In this document: positions 26,435-35,782 of the stretch, piece after piece
Numbering within the stretch: the stretch's first letter is position 1
How the letters are laid out: each line of letters opens with the position of its first letter
UHGV virus genome: UHGV-0206207
Direction: 5' to 3' (one strand)
Length of the DNA: 39,489 nucleotides
Origin: a virus
Translations under genes and position numbers: made by a program
Notes under the pieces: model-generated
Told to the model about the DNA's origin: nothing
The model's database searches: none
The model's input: the letters and a program-made list of their open reading frames with translations, nothing else

Positions 26435-27872
26435 TACCCTTGTTCTCCTTTATCGCTTTAATCCTTGCCTTCAGACTGGCCATTACCCAGCCTTGCACAT
26501 CATCCTTTTTACTAAGCGCTTTCATCACATCTTCATCTCTGGTCTCCGTACAGACCAGGTGATGTATGATCACTTTCTCTGTCTGCCCCTGTCGGTGTAG
26601 TCTTTTATTTGCCTGCGTGTACAGTTCATAATTCCATGTCAAGCCGAACCAGATCACGTGATTTCCCCCCTGCTGCAGATTCAATCCGTAAGCGCTGCTG
26701 GCTGGATGGGTAAGCAGTAGGTCAATCTTTCCTGCATTCCAGTCATCCTCGTCCTGCGTTGTCTTAAGCTCACGGATCCGCAATTTTGATTTTTCCAGTG
26801 CTTTCAGAATCCTGATCTTATCATGCTGAAAATTATAAAACACCAGTGCCGGTTTCCCCTGAAGGGACTCGATCAGTTCCAGGAATGCTTCAATCTTACA
26901 GTTATGTATTTCATGATAGTTCCGGTCTTCATCATAAATTGCCCCGTTTCCAAGCTGTAACAGCTTATTACTCAATGCTGCTGCACTTGTGACACTGATT
27001 TCTTCTTCATCCTCCGGCAACTCCAGCACCATCTTGTACTCTAATTCCGTATAGGCCTTCCTTGACTTGCTGTCAAGCTCCACTGGTATTTCATGATATG
27101 TGATATCCGGAAGTTGCAGGTAATCCTCTGCTTTCATGCTAATACAGATATCTGAGATCTTCTGTAGGATACTTTCTTCGGTTCCCGGTTTCGCCTTATA
27201 GTTGTAAACCACATTCTGTCCCCGGTCTCCCGGATCAAAATAGCGTTCCCGGAATCCGGTGTACCGCTTTCCAAGCCGATCACCCTCATCCAAAAGATAG
27301 ACCTGCGCCCAAAGATCCTCTAAACCATTCGGAGAAGGAGTTCCTGTCAGTTCCACCATCCTGCCAATCCTGGAACTGACACTTGCCAGGGCTTTGAACC
27401 GTTTCGCCTTGTGGCTTTTAAAACTGCTGGACTCATCAATCACCACCATGTCAAACGGCCAGGCATTACGGTAATAATCCACCAGCCACACCACATTCTC
27501 CCGATTGATGATGTATAGGTCAGCCGGCGTATTGAGGGCACGTATCCTTTTTGCTTCGCTTCCAAGTATCTGGGATACCCGCATCATCCGCGTATGCTCC
27601 CATTTATCCTTTTCCTTCGTCCAGGTTCCCTCTGCGACTTTTTTCGGTGCGATCACCAAAATTTTTTGTACTTCAAACCGGTTGTATTTTAATTCCTTTA
27701 CCGCTGTCAATGTTGTGATTGTTTTCCCTAAACCCATATCCAAAAAAAGCCCGATTTTTTTAATCTCCAGTATCTTATCGATACAGTACCTCTGGTATTC
27801 GTGGGGGATGAATTTCTTTACATCACAGCCCATATCTCTGCACCAGCTTTCTGCTTGCTTCCTCAAATCCAT
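26400..27872 (-). CDS. SNF2-family DNA helicase
   Basis: Motif I LDMGLGKT, motif II VVIDESSSFKS (DExx box) and C-terminal helicase motifs (QGQTEKV). Confidence 0.85.
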   Translation of the reverse strand: MDLRKQAESWCRDMGCDVKKFIPHEYQRYCIDKILEIKKIGLFLDMGLGKTITTLTAVKELKYNRFEVQKILVIAPKKVAEGTWTKEKDKWEHTRMMRVSQILGSEAKRIRALNTPADLYIINRENVVWLVDYYRNAWPFDMVVIDESSSFKSHKAKRFKALASVSSRIGRMVELTGTPSPNGLEDLWAQVYLLDEGDRLGKRYTGFRERYFDPGDRGQNVVYNYKAKPGTEESILQKISDICISMKAEDYLQLPDITYHEIPVELDSKSRKAYTELEYKMVLELPEDEEEISVTSAAALSNKLLQLGNGAIYDEDRNYHEIHNCKIEAFLELIESLQGKPALVFYNFQHDKIRILKALEKSKLRIRELKTTQDEDDWNAGKIDLLLTHPASSAYGLNLQQGGNHVIWFGLTWNYELYTQANKRLHRQGQTEKVIIHHLVCTETRDEDVMKALSKKDDVQGWVMASLKARIKAIKENKGIDRSGKEKGIK

Positions 27873-28164
27873 GATCCCGAAAGAACTGGCAGACTCCTGA
27901 GATGCCGTATATCACATGTACCCGTTGACCTAAGTCTGACAGCCTCTTTAACTGGACTCTCTGGACGGATGACACTTTTCCAGAATCCGTTTTCAACTCT
28001 GTGAAGATCGGCATCTGTCCCGGAAAGATGATGATCCGGTCGGGTACTCCGTTATTTCCCGGGCTTACCCACTTATAAGCCCTGCCTCCCAGTTTTTTTA
28101 CCTCTTGTACTAGGATTTTTTCAATTTCTTTTTCTAACATTCTCTTACCTCCTGACAACAACAA
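27823..28164 (-). CDS. VRR-NUC domain nuclease
   Basis: 113 aa. GVPDRIIIF...ELKTDSGKVSSVQ is a PD-(D/E)xK core of the VRR-NUC type. The gene overlaps the SNF2 gene, which is the usual pairing. Confidence 0.7.
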   Translation of the reverse strand: MLLSGGKRMLEKEIEKILVQEVKKLGGRAYKWVSPGNNGVPDRIIIFPGQMPIFTELKTDSGKVSSVQRVQLKRLSDLGQRVHVIYGISGVCQFFRDHGFEEASRKLVQRYGL

Positions 28165-28440
28165 GCCCTATACGCGTATATGTATACGCGCGTATGCCGT
28201 TTATGGCGTATTATGGTGTATATATATATATCTTTAATTATATTTTTTTATTTTTTATAAAAAGTTTGTTGACACTGTTGACATATATCTACAAACAACG
28301 TAATTTCGCTATTTTTTATGTCAACAAATGTGTGACATTAGTGTCAACACGTAAACAAGCCCTAATTTTTACATTTTTTCTACTTTGTTGACAGTTTCTA
28401 CCTTTGATGACACCCTTTTCACTGCTTTGTTGACACCCTT
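28165..28440. repeat. putative replication origin or regulatory region: two 12-bp palindromes, a (TA)6/AT-rich unwinding element and ~8 TTGTTGACAC iterons in both orientations
   Basis: TATACGCGTATA (28169-80) and ATACGCGCGTAT (28184-95) are perfect palindromes. TTATGGCGTA/TTATGGTGTA is a direct repeat. TATATATATATA is followed by a T/A-rich run. Iteron copies lie at approximately 28267, 28277, 28318 (inverted), 28331, 28341 (inverted), 28384, 28404 and 28427. The last copy is inside the primase 3' end. Confidence 0.5.
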
Positions 28441-30830
28441 TCAAATCCTCTCTGTGTACCGTAAAACCCGTACCTCAAAGACGATTTATTTCTTTTCCAA
28501 CCGCTTATACAAGATAGGATGTTGTTGATTTCCATGCTATCCCTCTTCCCCATGTATTTGATATCGGAACCAAAGCACTCCTGCCATATTTCTGCCGCAC
28601 ACACTTTTTCTCTGTCCATCAGATCAACGTTCTCTGTTAAATGCGCTCCCCCTTGCAGGAACTGCCGCCTTTGCATCAGGTTCATGCTGTCCCAGCCCAC
28701 AGGGATTTTCCGTTCTAAGAATTCCCGGATCACACCTTCTTTAGCAAAAGACTCCCTGTGTTTCTCCTGCTGTTCTTCTGCCAGTTTTTCAATCTCTTTT
28801 GGCAGAAATAAGGACTCTCCCAGTACCCAGTACATGTACGTTTCCGCCCAGATCTGATCCACTTCTTCCGGAAGATCCACCCATACAGATTTCTTTGCCT
28901 TATACTCCCCCACATCCACCGGCCAGAATCTTCTGTTGCCTGTGGCGTCTTTTAGGAATTCGCTGTCATTTGAAGTACCAAAAAATACACATCTCCTGGG
29001 ATACTTATCTGTTGTACGCCCATACGCTGCCCGGTAGATATCGTGTGTCTTGCTTAAAAACTGTTTGACCGCACTGGTTTCCTGCTTTGTCATTGCTGTC
29101 AGTTCTCCCACTTCATTGATCCAGGTACCCTGTATCAGTTCCGCTGCTTCTTTTCCTTCAAAGCTTGTCAAAGAATCCGAAAACCACTGTTTTCCTAAAA
29201 TTGCAAGGAATGTACTTTTCCCGATTCCCTGCGGTCCGGTAAAGATCGGCATATAATCATATTTCACTCCTCCGGTTACAGCTCTTGCTACTGCAGCACA
29301 TAAAGACTTCCTGATCACCGCCCTTGTATAGGCATTGTCCTCTGCACCCAGATAATCCGACAGCAGCGTATCCACACGCTTTTTACCATCCCATTTCAAG
29401 CTCTCCAGATAGTCCTCCACCTCGTTAATCTGATTCTGGCTGCTCACGATCAGCAGACCGTTATCTAGCTTTTCTTTTCCCGTAAGTCCGTAAAATGTCT
29501 CCATATATCGGTAATACCCTGCGTAGTCAACATCTTTCCAACGCCGTTTTTCCTCTCTCTGTTCCCACGGCAATGCGCCCAGTACCATTCCACAGCTTGC
29601 AAATTGGTCGATAACGATCTTCCCTTTTAAGAGCGGATCATTTTCCAGTACCAGTGTTACATTTGCAATTGTTTTTTCGATTTTCCCATTTCCATCTTTT
29701 GTCAGATTCAGTACCCAATCTACATTCTCGCCCTCTTCCGGTGTCGGACTTTCCAGACCAGATACTTTTTTTGCCTGTTCAAACTTCTCTTTAATAAGAA
29801 GAGTAGACACCTCTTTGTCCGCTCGTGCCATTTTTGCCATTGCTTGAAAAGACGGAAGCTTTACGGATGGAGTGCCCTCTTTTGCTTCTTTATCCAGATC
29901 GCCATACATATGCAGACGGATCAGGTCAAACGCATTCACCAACTGCCCGGAGCATGGATCCGTAGCATGGTGGGAATAGAGGAACAGATCACCGTCATAT
30001 AGAATCGCACCTCCCGTTGTAGTTCCTCCCGTATAAGTGTATCTGTTTGGAATATCCGTCTGTTCGTACATTCCCGGGATAAACTGTTCCATTGCCTGCG
30101 TAATGGAATACGTACGGCAGAATGCTCCTATGATTCCTTTTTTCTCTGTCGGATTTTCCTGTTTTGCCAGACGCCTTTTTTCGATGGTTTCACTTCCGGG
30201 TACTTGCGGCCATTCGGCTACATTCTTCCAGTTCTTATACATTCCTAACAGCCCGTCCAGACTGCAGAACGGATGATCATATACCTGATAAACATACTCC
30301 CCGTCCTTACAACAGCTTGGCCAGTACATTAGCCGGCTTGCATCAAATGTGGTCGGGTCACAGAACTCGATCCCAATCAATGCCGCCGCCTTTCTTGCTG
30401 CGGGTTCATATTCGTCCGGAGTAGCCGTTCTATCCACAGGAATAATGACCCGGAGTCTCGGGGCATATCCGGAATGTTTCCGTGTACTATAAACAACTGC
30501 TGCGCATCCCAGTCCAGATACTCTCTTCAATATTTCTTCTGTCTGCCCTGCCGGTACATTGTCCATATCCAATGTCAGCAGATCTCTCCCCTGCACGTAA
30601 GCCCCTTTTCTTCTATCATTGAAAAAGGTACCGCCGACAAACCCTCCAACATCTTTCAATTCAGCTTGTTGGCTCTTTGACAATGCCAAATAATTTTCTA
30701 ATGTTTCCAGACTTCTGGCCGGAGTTTTCAACCGGTCAACAAATTCCGACCACATGATCTCACTTTTCGGCCAGTATGTAGCCTTTCTTGATCCGGCCAT
30801 GCTGACCAAAAGTTTTCTGTTATATTCCAC
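28419..30830 (-). CDS. primase-helicase (phage/plasmid P4-type primase, VirE/D5-like NTPase C-domain); GTG start with AGGAGGAG as RBS
   Basis: 803 aa. Walker A GPQGIGKST sits in the C-terminal half. It is positioned between PolA and the origin-like repeats. Confidence 0.7.
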   Translation of the reverse strand: MEYNRKLLVSMAGSRKATYWPKSEIMWSEFVDRLKTPARSLETLENYLALSKSQQAELKDVGGFVGGTFFNDRRKGAYVQGRDLLTLDMDNVPAGQTEEILKRVSGLGCAAVVYSTRKHSGYAPRLRVIIPVDRTATPDEYEPAARKAAALIGIEFCDPTTFDASRLMYWPSCCKDGEYVYQVYDHPFCSLDGLLGMYKNWKNVAEWPQVPGSETIEKRRLAKQENPTEKKGIIGAFCRTYSITQAMEQFIPGMYEQTDIPNRYTYTGGTTTGGAILYDGDLFLYSHHATDPCSGQLVNAFDLIRLHMYGDLDKEAKEGTPSVKLPSFQAMAKMARADKEVSTLLIKEKFEQAKKVSGLESPTPEEGENVDWVLNLTKDGNGKIEKTIANVTLVLENDPLLKGKIVIDQFASCGMVLGALPWEQREEKRRWKDVDYAGYYRYMETFYGLTGKEKLDNGLLIVSSQNQINEVEDYLESLKWDGKKRVDTLLSDYLGAEDNAYTRAVIRKSLCAAVARAVTGGVKYDYMPIFTGPQGIGKSTFLAILGKQWFSDSLTSFEGKEAAELIQGTWINEVGELTAMTKQETSAVKQFLSKTHDIYRAAYGRTTDKYPRRCVFFGTSNDSEFLKDATGNRRFWPVDVGEYKAKKSVWVDLPEEVDQIWAETYMYWVLGESLFLPKEIEKLAEEQQEKHRESFAKEGVIREFLERKIPVGWDSMNLMQRRQFLQGGAHLTENVDLMDREKVCAAEIWQECFGSDIKYMGKRDSMEINNILSCISGWKRNKSSLRYGFYGTQRGFERVSTKQ

Positions 30831-30841
30831 TTCAACTCCTC

Positions 30842-32818
30842 CTAGTCTTTCATGTAATAGTCACTCTCAAATCCAGCACCTTTTAAGATCAGTCCCGGTG
30901 CCCAAGGTATCGGCTCTGCCATCAGATCACAGATTTCATCCACCGTAATTGATACAGGGGCATCGATGATCACCTCATCATGTACATGAAACACGACCTG
31001 CAGCCCCATCCTGTCAATTCTTTTTAGAGTCTCTGCAAGACAGTCACGTGCGATTGCCTGTACGATATTCTCTGTCATCTTTCCACCATAAGTGGATGCC
31101 ACTTCCCATTTTCTTGTCTGTTGCCCGACCGTGTAATAGTGGATTGCCATCTTCCCAAACTGATTCTCCTGCAGAAATGGTTTCGGGTAGAACAGCTTTC
31201 TCCCGCTTGGAAGCTGCACTGTCAAAAATGACTGTCCGTATACCAGATCCCCCTCGTACCGGAAAATCAAACCGTAGATACCCTGTGGCTGTGCCGTCTG
31301 CATCGTAGTAAGGGCCGCCTGCTCCACTGCATACCACAAGTCTCTGATCCGTGGATTTGCGCTCCGCCATCTCTGTACGATATCGGGAAGTTCCTCTTCC
31401 GCCAGTCCCATATTCAATGCTCCCATGGCAATTAAGGCTGCTGTTCCACCCTGATACCCTAACGCAAGCGTGGCAACTTTTCCTTTCTGCCGCAGGCTGT
31501 ATTCCGGATTTCCTTTTGCAATCTTTTCAATCGGAACATGGAACATCTGAGATGCTGTTGCTTCATAGATCTTTCCATGTGTAGCAAATACTTCATTTAC
31601 CCACTGCTCTCCCGCCAGCCACGCAATCACACGAGCTTCAATGGCAGAAAAGTCAGCCACAACGAATTTATTCCCATCTGAGGGGATGAATGCTGTTCTG
31701 ATCAGCTGCGACAGAGTATCCGGAACATTCCCGTATAGCAGCTTAATCCCGTCATAGTTTTTATCTTTTACAAGGTTTCTGGCATAATCCAGGGTCTTTA
31801 AATAATTCCTCGGAAGATTCTGCAACTGTACAAGCCTTCCTGCCCAACGTCCGGTCCGATTCGCACCATAAAACTGTGTCAGTCCGCGTACACGATCATC
31901 CGCTCCTTTTGCGGTATCCATGGCAACATATTTCTTAATAGATGTTTTCCCTAACTGCTGACGAATTTCCAAAATCTTTCTCGCATCATCCGGAAGATCT
32001 TCCCGCTGTAAGTATTCTTCTACTGTTGCTTTTTGCAGGTTTGGAACATCCACATCTTTTCCGGACAACCACTGTTGCAACTGTGTTGCGCTATTCGGGT
32101 TTGCAAGACCAGTAATCCTGAATGCTTCTGCTGTCAGGCACTCCGTGCTGTGAGAATCAATTGCCAAAGCTCCTGCGATCAGATTTGTATCTACTCGAAC
32201 TCCATACGCATTCATCAAGATATCCATCCTCCACAATCTCTGTTCTTCTTTCGGAACTGGAAACGCCTGCAACCTTTTTAGGATTTCATTCTCAGTGACA
32301 ACGTCTTGTTTACAATATTCCCTGAACAGCTCCCACTTTTCTGGAGCGTGCTTCGGAAGATTCCAGCTCCTGCCACCGTTACTTTTTGTCGGCTTGCAAG
32401 GAGTACAAAAATATCGGATCAGAGCCTTTCCTGTGGAAAGCTTCTGCTTATCCTGCGGAAGTCCTATCGCCTTTCCTGTTGCATCCAACCCTGCGGTGTA
32501 CCCGCAATACAGTCCATGGATCATCGTACAGTTCCACTGTTCCAAAGGAGTACGATACCCTGCAGTATTCAAACAGTACCACTCAAATGCCGCATTATAT
32601 GCGTGCTTGACCACATTAGGATTCATAAGAGCGGTCAAGATCCGTTCTGGAATACTTTCTTCTGCGGTAAGATCTACAAGCTGTACGTCCTCTTCATCAT
32701 ATTTATAGGCAAACAAAAGAATTTCAAAATCTTCGGACTGTGCATATCTGTAAGCTCCCGCTTTTGTGATGTCCACACTGCTTTTTGTCTCAATATCTAT
32801 AGATAAATGGTGTTGCAT
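30842..32818 (-). CDS. family A DNA polymerase with 3'-5' exonuclease domain (Pol I Klenow-like; no 5' nuclease domain)
   Basis: Exo I motif LSIDIETKS at the N-terminus. Motif B RQKGKVATLALGYQGG. Motif C VVFHVHDEVIID. Confidence 0.85.
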   Translation of the reverse strand: MQHHLSIDIETKSSVDITKAGAYRYAQSEDFEILLFAYKYDEEDVQLVDLTAEESIPERILTALMNPNVVKHAYNAAFEWYCLNTAGYRTPLEQWNCTMIHGLYCGYTAGLDATGKAIGLPQDKQKLSTGKALIRYFCTPCKPTKSNGGRSWNLPKHAPEKWELFREYCKQDVVTENEILKRLQAFPVPKEEQRLWRMDILMNAYGVRVDTNLIAGALAIDSHSTECLTAEAFRITGLANPNSATQLQQWLSGKDVDVPNLQKATVEEYLQREDLPDDARKILEIRQQLGKTSIKKYVAMDTAKGADDRVRGLTQFYGANRTGRWAGRLVQLQNLPRNYLKTLDYARNLVKDKNYDGIKLLYGNVPDTLSQLIRTAFIPSDGNKFVVADFSAIEARVIAWLAGEQWVNEVFATHGKIYEATASQMFHVPIEKIAKGNPEYSLRQKGKVATLALGYQGGTAALIAMGALNMGLAEEELPDIVQRWRSANPRIRDLWYAVEQAALTTMQTAQPQGIYGLIFRYEGDLVYGQSFLTVQLPSGRKLFYPKPFLQENQFGKMAIHYYTVGQQTRKWEVASTYGGKMTENIVQAIARDCLAETLKRIDRMGLQVVFHVHDEVIIDAPVSITVDEICDLMAEPIPWAPGLILKGAGFESDYYMKD

Positions 32819-32861
32819 AATTACGTCTCCTGTTAAAAGGAGGGGCTAAAGCCCCTCTTGA

Positions 32862-33491
32862 TTACATCGGCATCCCTGTGATCGGATTGATCGCCTGCAC
32901 ATTCTGCGGTGTGTTCCTGTACTGCGGTGTTGGATTCACTGGCTGAGGCATTGCGCCAAAAGCCTGTGCTGCTGTCGGCGCACTTCCTCCCAGGGATTCT
33001 CCATCTTCCAGTTTCATGACCGGACCCAAACCACATCCAATTCCTTTCTTTCCCCCGAAAGAATATGGGAAGAAGTTCACATTTACTCTCGCATAAATCC
33101 CACTGTAAATCTCAGACTGGTTAATAATCGGATTCATGTTTGCGTCTACCACCTCCGGTGGATAATCTGCTTTTGCACTTGCCGTGAACACCCAGTGTCC
33201 TTTACATTCTGCCCCAAATGGCATCCCATCTGACGGACGCACACCGTCCCCGTCATGAACTGGTGTTGACACCACAGGTGGGCATACACCGTTCCATTTT
33301 TCCGCTGTTCCCCTCTGCTTCGCGGCTTCAATAGCTGCATTGATCCGGTTCATAGTATCCACATCGGATTTCGGCACTAACACGGTAACGCTGAATTTTT
33401 CTTCCTGCCCCGGTGTAGCCGCATAAGGTTTAAATAAGTGTACATAAGATAATCTTGCTTTTCCTGTTGTTACGTTTGTTAATTCGTTCAT
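32862..33491 (-). CDS. DUF2815-family ssDNA-binding protein
   Basis: 209 aa. The N-terminus TTGKARLSYVHLFKPYA matches the conserved start of DUF2815 proteins, which are found between the DUF2800 and PolA genes. Confidence 0.6.
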   Translation of the reverse strand: MNELTNVTTGKARLSYVHLFKPYAATPGQEEKFSVTVLVPKSDVDTMNRINAAIEAAKQRGTAEKWNGVCPPVVSTPVHDGDGVRPSDGMPFGAECKGHWVFTASAKADYPPEVVDANMNPIINQSEIYSGIYARVNVNFFPYSFGGKKGIGCGLGPVMKLEDGESLGGSAPTAAQAFGAMPQPVNPTPQYRNTPQNVQAINPITGMPM

Positions 33492-33492
33492 A

Positions 33493-34671
33493 TTAGTTTT
33501 CCTCCTTGAATGCCTCTTCGGCTGTCACTTTGTTTGTAATTGTTTCTCTTTTATCTGACTCTTTTGCAAGTGTCGGTTTCCCTGGCTTCTTTACCACAAA
33601 CTCTCCGACTGCGTCCTGAAAATCTTTCTTCCCTATCAGCTTTTCTACCTGCGCCAAAGTCAGTGGTTTCTTTTCCCACAACATCGGCTCTTCTGTAATC
33701 CCACTCTTTAAAAGTTTTTCAAATGCTGTATCCATATCTGTCCAGTCTCTGGATCCTCGGCCCTCTACCGCTTTCCATCCAGGAATCTTCTTTCCGGCAA
33801 GGCATTCTGACAATGCAAACTCCTGCAGATCTTTGAGCCATCTTGCAACATCTTCTCCCTGTTCCAGGTATCTTCCAACTTCCTCATTTGTAATCAATGG
33901 CGGTTTCTTGTCTGTTGCAAAAGCCAGCTTCACATTTTCTTCTGCCCTTGCCCTGCACTGGGATTTCGCACGGCAGAACCTGCACTGTTTTTCCCCTGGA
34001 ACAAACTCTCCGTCTCCTTTAAATGCAACTGCAGCCTTTTCCTTCACATAATCTCCAAATTTCAAAAGCTGTTCCAGACTACAGCCCCATTCAGAGATTC
34101 CGTCTGGCAGCCTCGGCTGCACGATAGCAAGCCGGATCTGTTTAATCGGATAAAATAACTTACATGCGTCATATGCACCGAGTGCATACAGCATCATCTG
34201 TGGATTTTCCTCTGCGGAAACAAGAACACCCTTGCCGTATTTAAAGTCGATCACAAACAGGGTTTCTCCCTGAATCATGATGCAGTCTGCAGTACCGAAC
34301 CCCTCTGGTACATAGGAGTCAAACCGGACTTGTTTTTCTACTTCCACATACGGATCTGTTGGGAGCTTAATGGACACATCCCGAATATAGTCAATGTATG
34401 TGTCCGTATGCTCCAACATTTCGTCATCCCATAACGGGTTCTCTTTCATTTTTTTGATTGCAAAAGTCAGCTTTCTTTTAGACACATCATGTGGCTTAAA
34501 ATAGTTCCTCACCTTCAGCTCTGCAAGTTCATGCGCCAGCGTCCCCTCTTTTGCAGCATCAGAAGTAGTATCCGGAAATTGTTCCTCCAACCGTGCACTT
34601 GGGGTACACGCCAGCCATCTGTGAGCCGAAGATGCACTTAACAGAGCATGGTTTCTCTCTTCATGTGCCAT
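33493..34671 (-). CDS. DUF2800-family PD-(D/E)XK nuclease with C-terminal Cys cluster (Cas4/RecB-like)
   Basis: CRFCRAKSQCRARAE is a Cys cluster, and there are DxK-type nuclease motifs. The start was chosen at the ATG at 34671 (MAHEERNH), which abuts the upstream stop. The alternative start is 34743. Confidence 0.65.
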   Translation of the reverse strand: MAHEERNHALLSASSAHRWLACTPSARLEEQFPDTTSDAAKEGTLAHELAELKVRNYFKPHDVSKRKLTFAIKKMKENPLWDDEMLEHTDTYIDYIRDVSIKLPTDPYVEVEKQVRFDSYVPEGFGTADCIMIQGETLFVIDFKYGKGVLVSAEENPQMMLYALGAYDACKLFYPIKQIRLAIVQPRLPDGISEWGCSLEQLLKFGDYVKEKAAVAFKGDGEFVPGEKQCRFCRAKSQCRARAEENVKLAFATDKKPPLITNEEVGRYLEQGEDVARWLKDLQEFALSECLAGKKIPGWKAVEGRGSRDWTDMDTAFEKLLKSGITEEPMLWEKKPLTLAQVEKLIGKKDFQDAVGEFVVKKPGKPTLAKESDKRETITNKVTAEEAFKEEN

Positions 34672-34672
34672 A

Positions 34673-35110
34673 TTAGATCTGAGCCCCCATTTCCCGAATC
34701 GCCGTTGCAAAGCTTCCATACTGTTCTGCTGGTAGTTCCACAAGAGAGGATACCCCGAAACTCTGGATCAGCTGCTGCAGCTGTGCCTGCATCCCTTTGT
34801 CCATTAAAGACATGGCAGCTTTTGACAGATCTTCCCTTGTATACGTCGGCGCAGCTATAGGAATCGACGGGGCCGGCGCGGTATTCTGAATTACTTGATT
34901 CTGCTCTGGCTGTTTTGGCTGTACCGATGTGTTCGCCTCTGGAAAATGCGGTGCAATCTGCTGTCCATAGGAAACTGCTTGTTGAGGCTCAACGTCCGGA
35001 ACGGTTTTGCTGACTACAGGGGTTTCCATACCTCCCTCTTTGGATAACAGTTTCTCTGAAAAAGAAACCAGTTCCTCATAACTATCAAATGTAAGTGTAA
35101 TCTGTGCCAT
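34673..35110 (-). CDS. hypothetical protein with a P/Q-rich linker
   Basis: 145 aa made of two short domains separated by the low-complexity stretch PQQAVSYGQQIAPHFPEANTSVQPKQPEQNQVIQNTAPAPSIPIAAP. Confidence 0.5.
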   Translation of the reverse strand: MAQITLTFDSYEELVSFSEKLLSKEGGMETPVVSKTVPDVEPQQAVSYGQQIAPHFPEANTSVQPKQPEQNQVIQNTAPAPSIPIAAPTYTREDLSKAAMSLMDKGMQAQLQQLIQSFGVSSLVELPAEQYGSFATAIREMGAQI

Positions 35111-35111
35111 T

Positions 35112-35345
35112 TTAAATACCTCCTGTTTTTTCTAAGCCTGCACGGGCTATTTTTATGAATTCATCCTCTGTGAGGCTGATTCCTTTTGTCATTTTTGAAT
35201 GGTCTTCTGACCATCCGCGGATATCCAACTTGTCCTCTTTCCCAAACCAGCTGATGCGGTTTAGCTCTATGTGGTAAATATCCGTTTCGCTCTTTTGGGG
35301 AAGAGCAAGCATCGTTTCTTTTATCTCAAAATTTCTCGCTGTCAT
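35112..35345 (-). CDS. PC4/YdbC-like ssDNA-binding protein
   Basis: 77 aa with FGKEDKLDIRGWSED...TKGISLTEDEF, which matches the PC4-family core (GK..DIR.W....TKGISL...E.). Confidence 0.5.
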   Translation of the reverse strand: MTARNFEIKETMLALPQKSETDIYHIELNRISWFGKEDKLDIRGWSEDHSKMTKGISLTEDEFIKIARAGLEKTGGI

Positions 35346-35498
35346 TTATCTGTTCCTCCAACAATCTCCGTTACACCAAAGATAGTCATCTGTGGGTAAA
35401 TACTCTTCCAATACCAATACTCCTGGTTTTTCTTCGCATATGTGGTCTCCCTCTCCTATCGGACAGAGATTTGCACAATTATCACAAGATCTTTCCAT
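35346..35498 (-). CDS. unannotated 50-aa Cys-rich small protein (MERSCDNCANLCPIGEGDHICEEKPGVLVLEEYLPTDDYLWCNGDCWRNR)
   Basis: Not in the ORF track because it is under 60 aa. AGGAGA lies 8 nt upstream of the ATG. Its stop TAA directly abuts the ATG of the next gene. It contains six Cys arranged in CxxC-like pairs. Confidence 0.45.
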   Translation of the reverse strand: MERSCDNCANLCPIGEGDHICEEKPGVLVLEEYLPTDDYLWCNGDCWRNR

Positions 35499-35593
35499 TT
35501 GCACTTTCTCCTAAAATCTGTTAATATAAAGTTATAGTTGCATGAGCACCTGAAGAGAACCAATCCCCCCGGTCCCTCTCTGGGTGTTCTTTT

Positions 35594-35782
35594 TTAATAC
35601 CCAAACACCAGCCACCAGCCGATCGCCACCAGCCCGCCCCCGATCACAGATGCTGCGACTTTGTTCCAGTAGTGCTTGTCTTTTGTTTCCGGAAGCTCAA
35701 CCGATACAGACCGGATATCCCAACCGTTTAATGCGTTCGGCTGCTGGGTGGTCTGGCAGTGATAAGTTCCTTTAATCTCCAT
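35594..35782 (-). CDS. small protein with a C-terminal transmembrane helix
   Basis: 62 aa. GGGAGG lies 6 nt upstream of the ATG. The C-terminus is VAASVIGGGLVAIGWWLVFGY. It was preferred over the overlapping plus-strand ORF 35584..35775. Confidence 0.5.
   Translation of the reverse strand: MEIKGTYHCQTTQQPNALNGWDIRSVSVELPETKDKHYWNKVAASVIGGGLVAIGWWLVFGY

Noticed and set aside
28165-28440. CRISPR array
   Set aside because: The repeats are short (~10 bp), irregularly spaced and in both orientations, with no uniform spacers. They fit iterons or operator sites instead.
35584-35775. Plus-strand 63-aa ORF overlapping the minus-strand 62-aa membrane-protein ORF
   Set aside because: The minus-strand ORF has a GGGAGG RBS at ideal spacing, a transmembrane C-terminus and the orientation of the operon. 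The plus-strand product is a Pro/Arg/Ser-rich low-complexity peptide.
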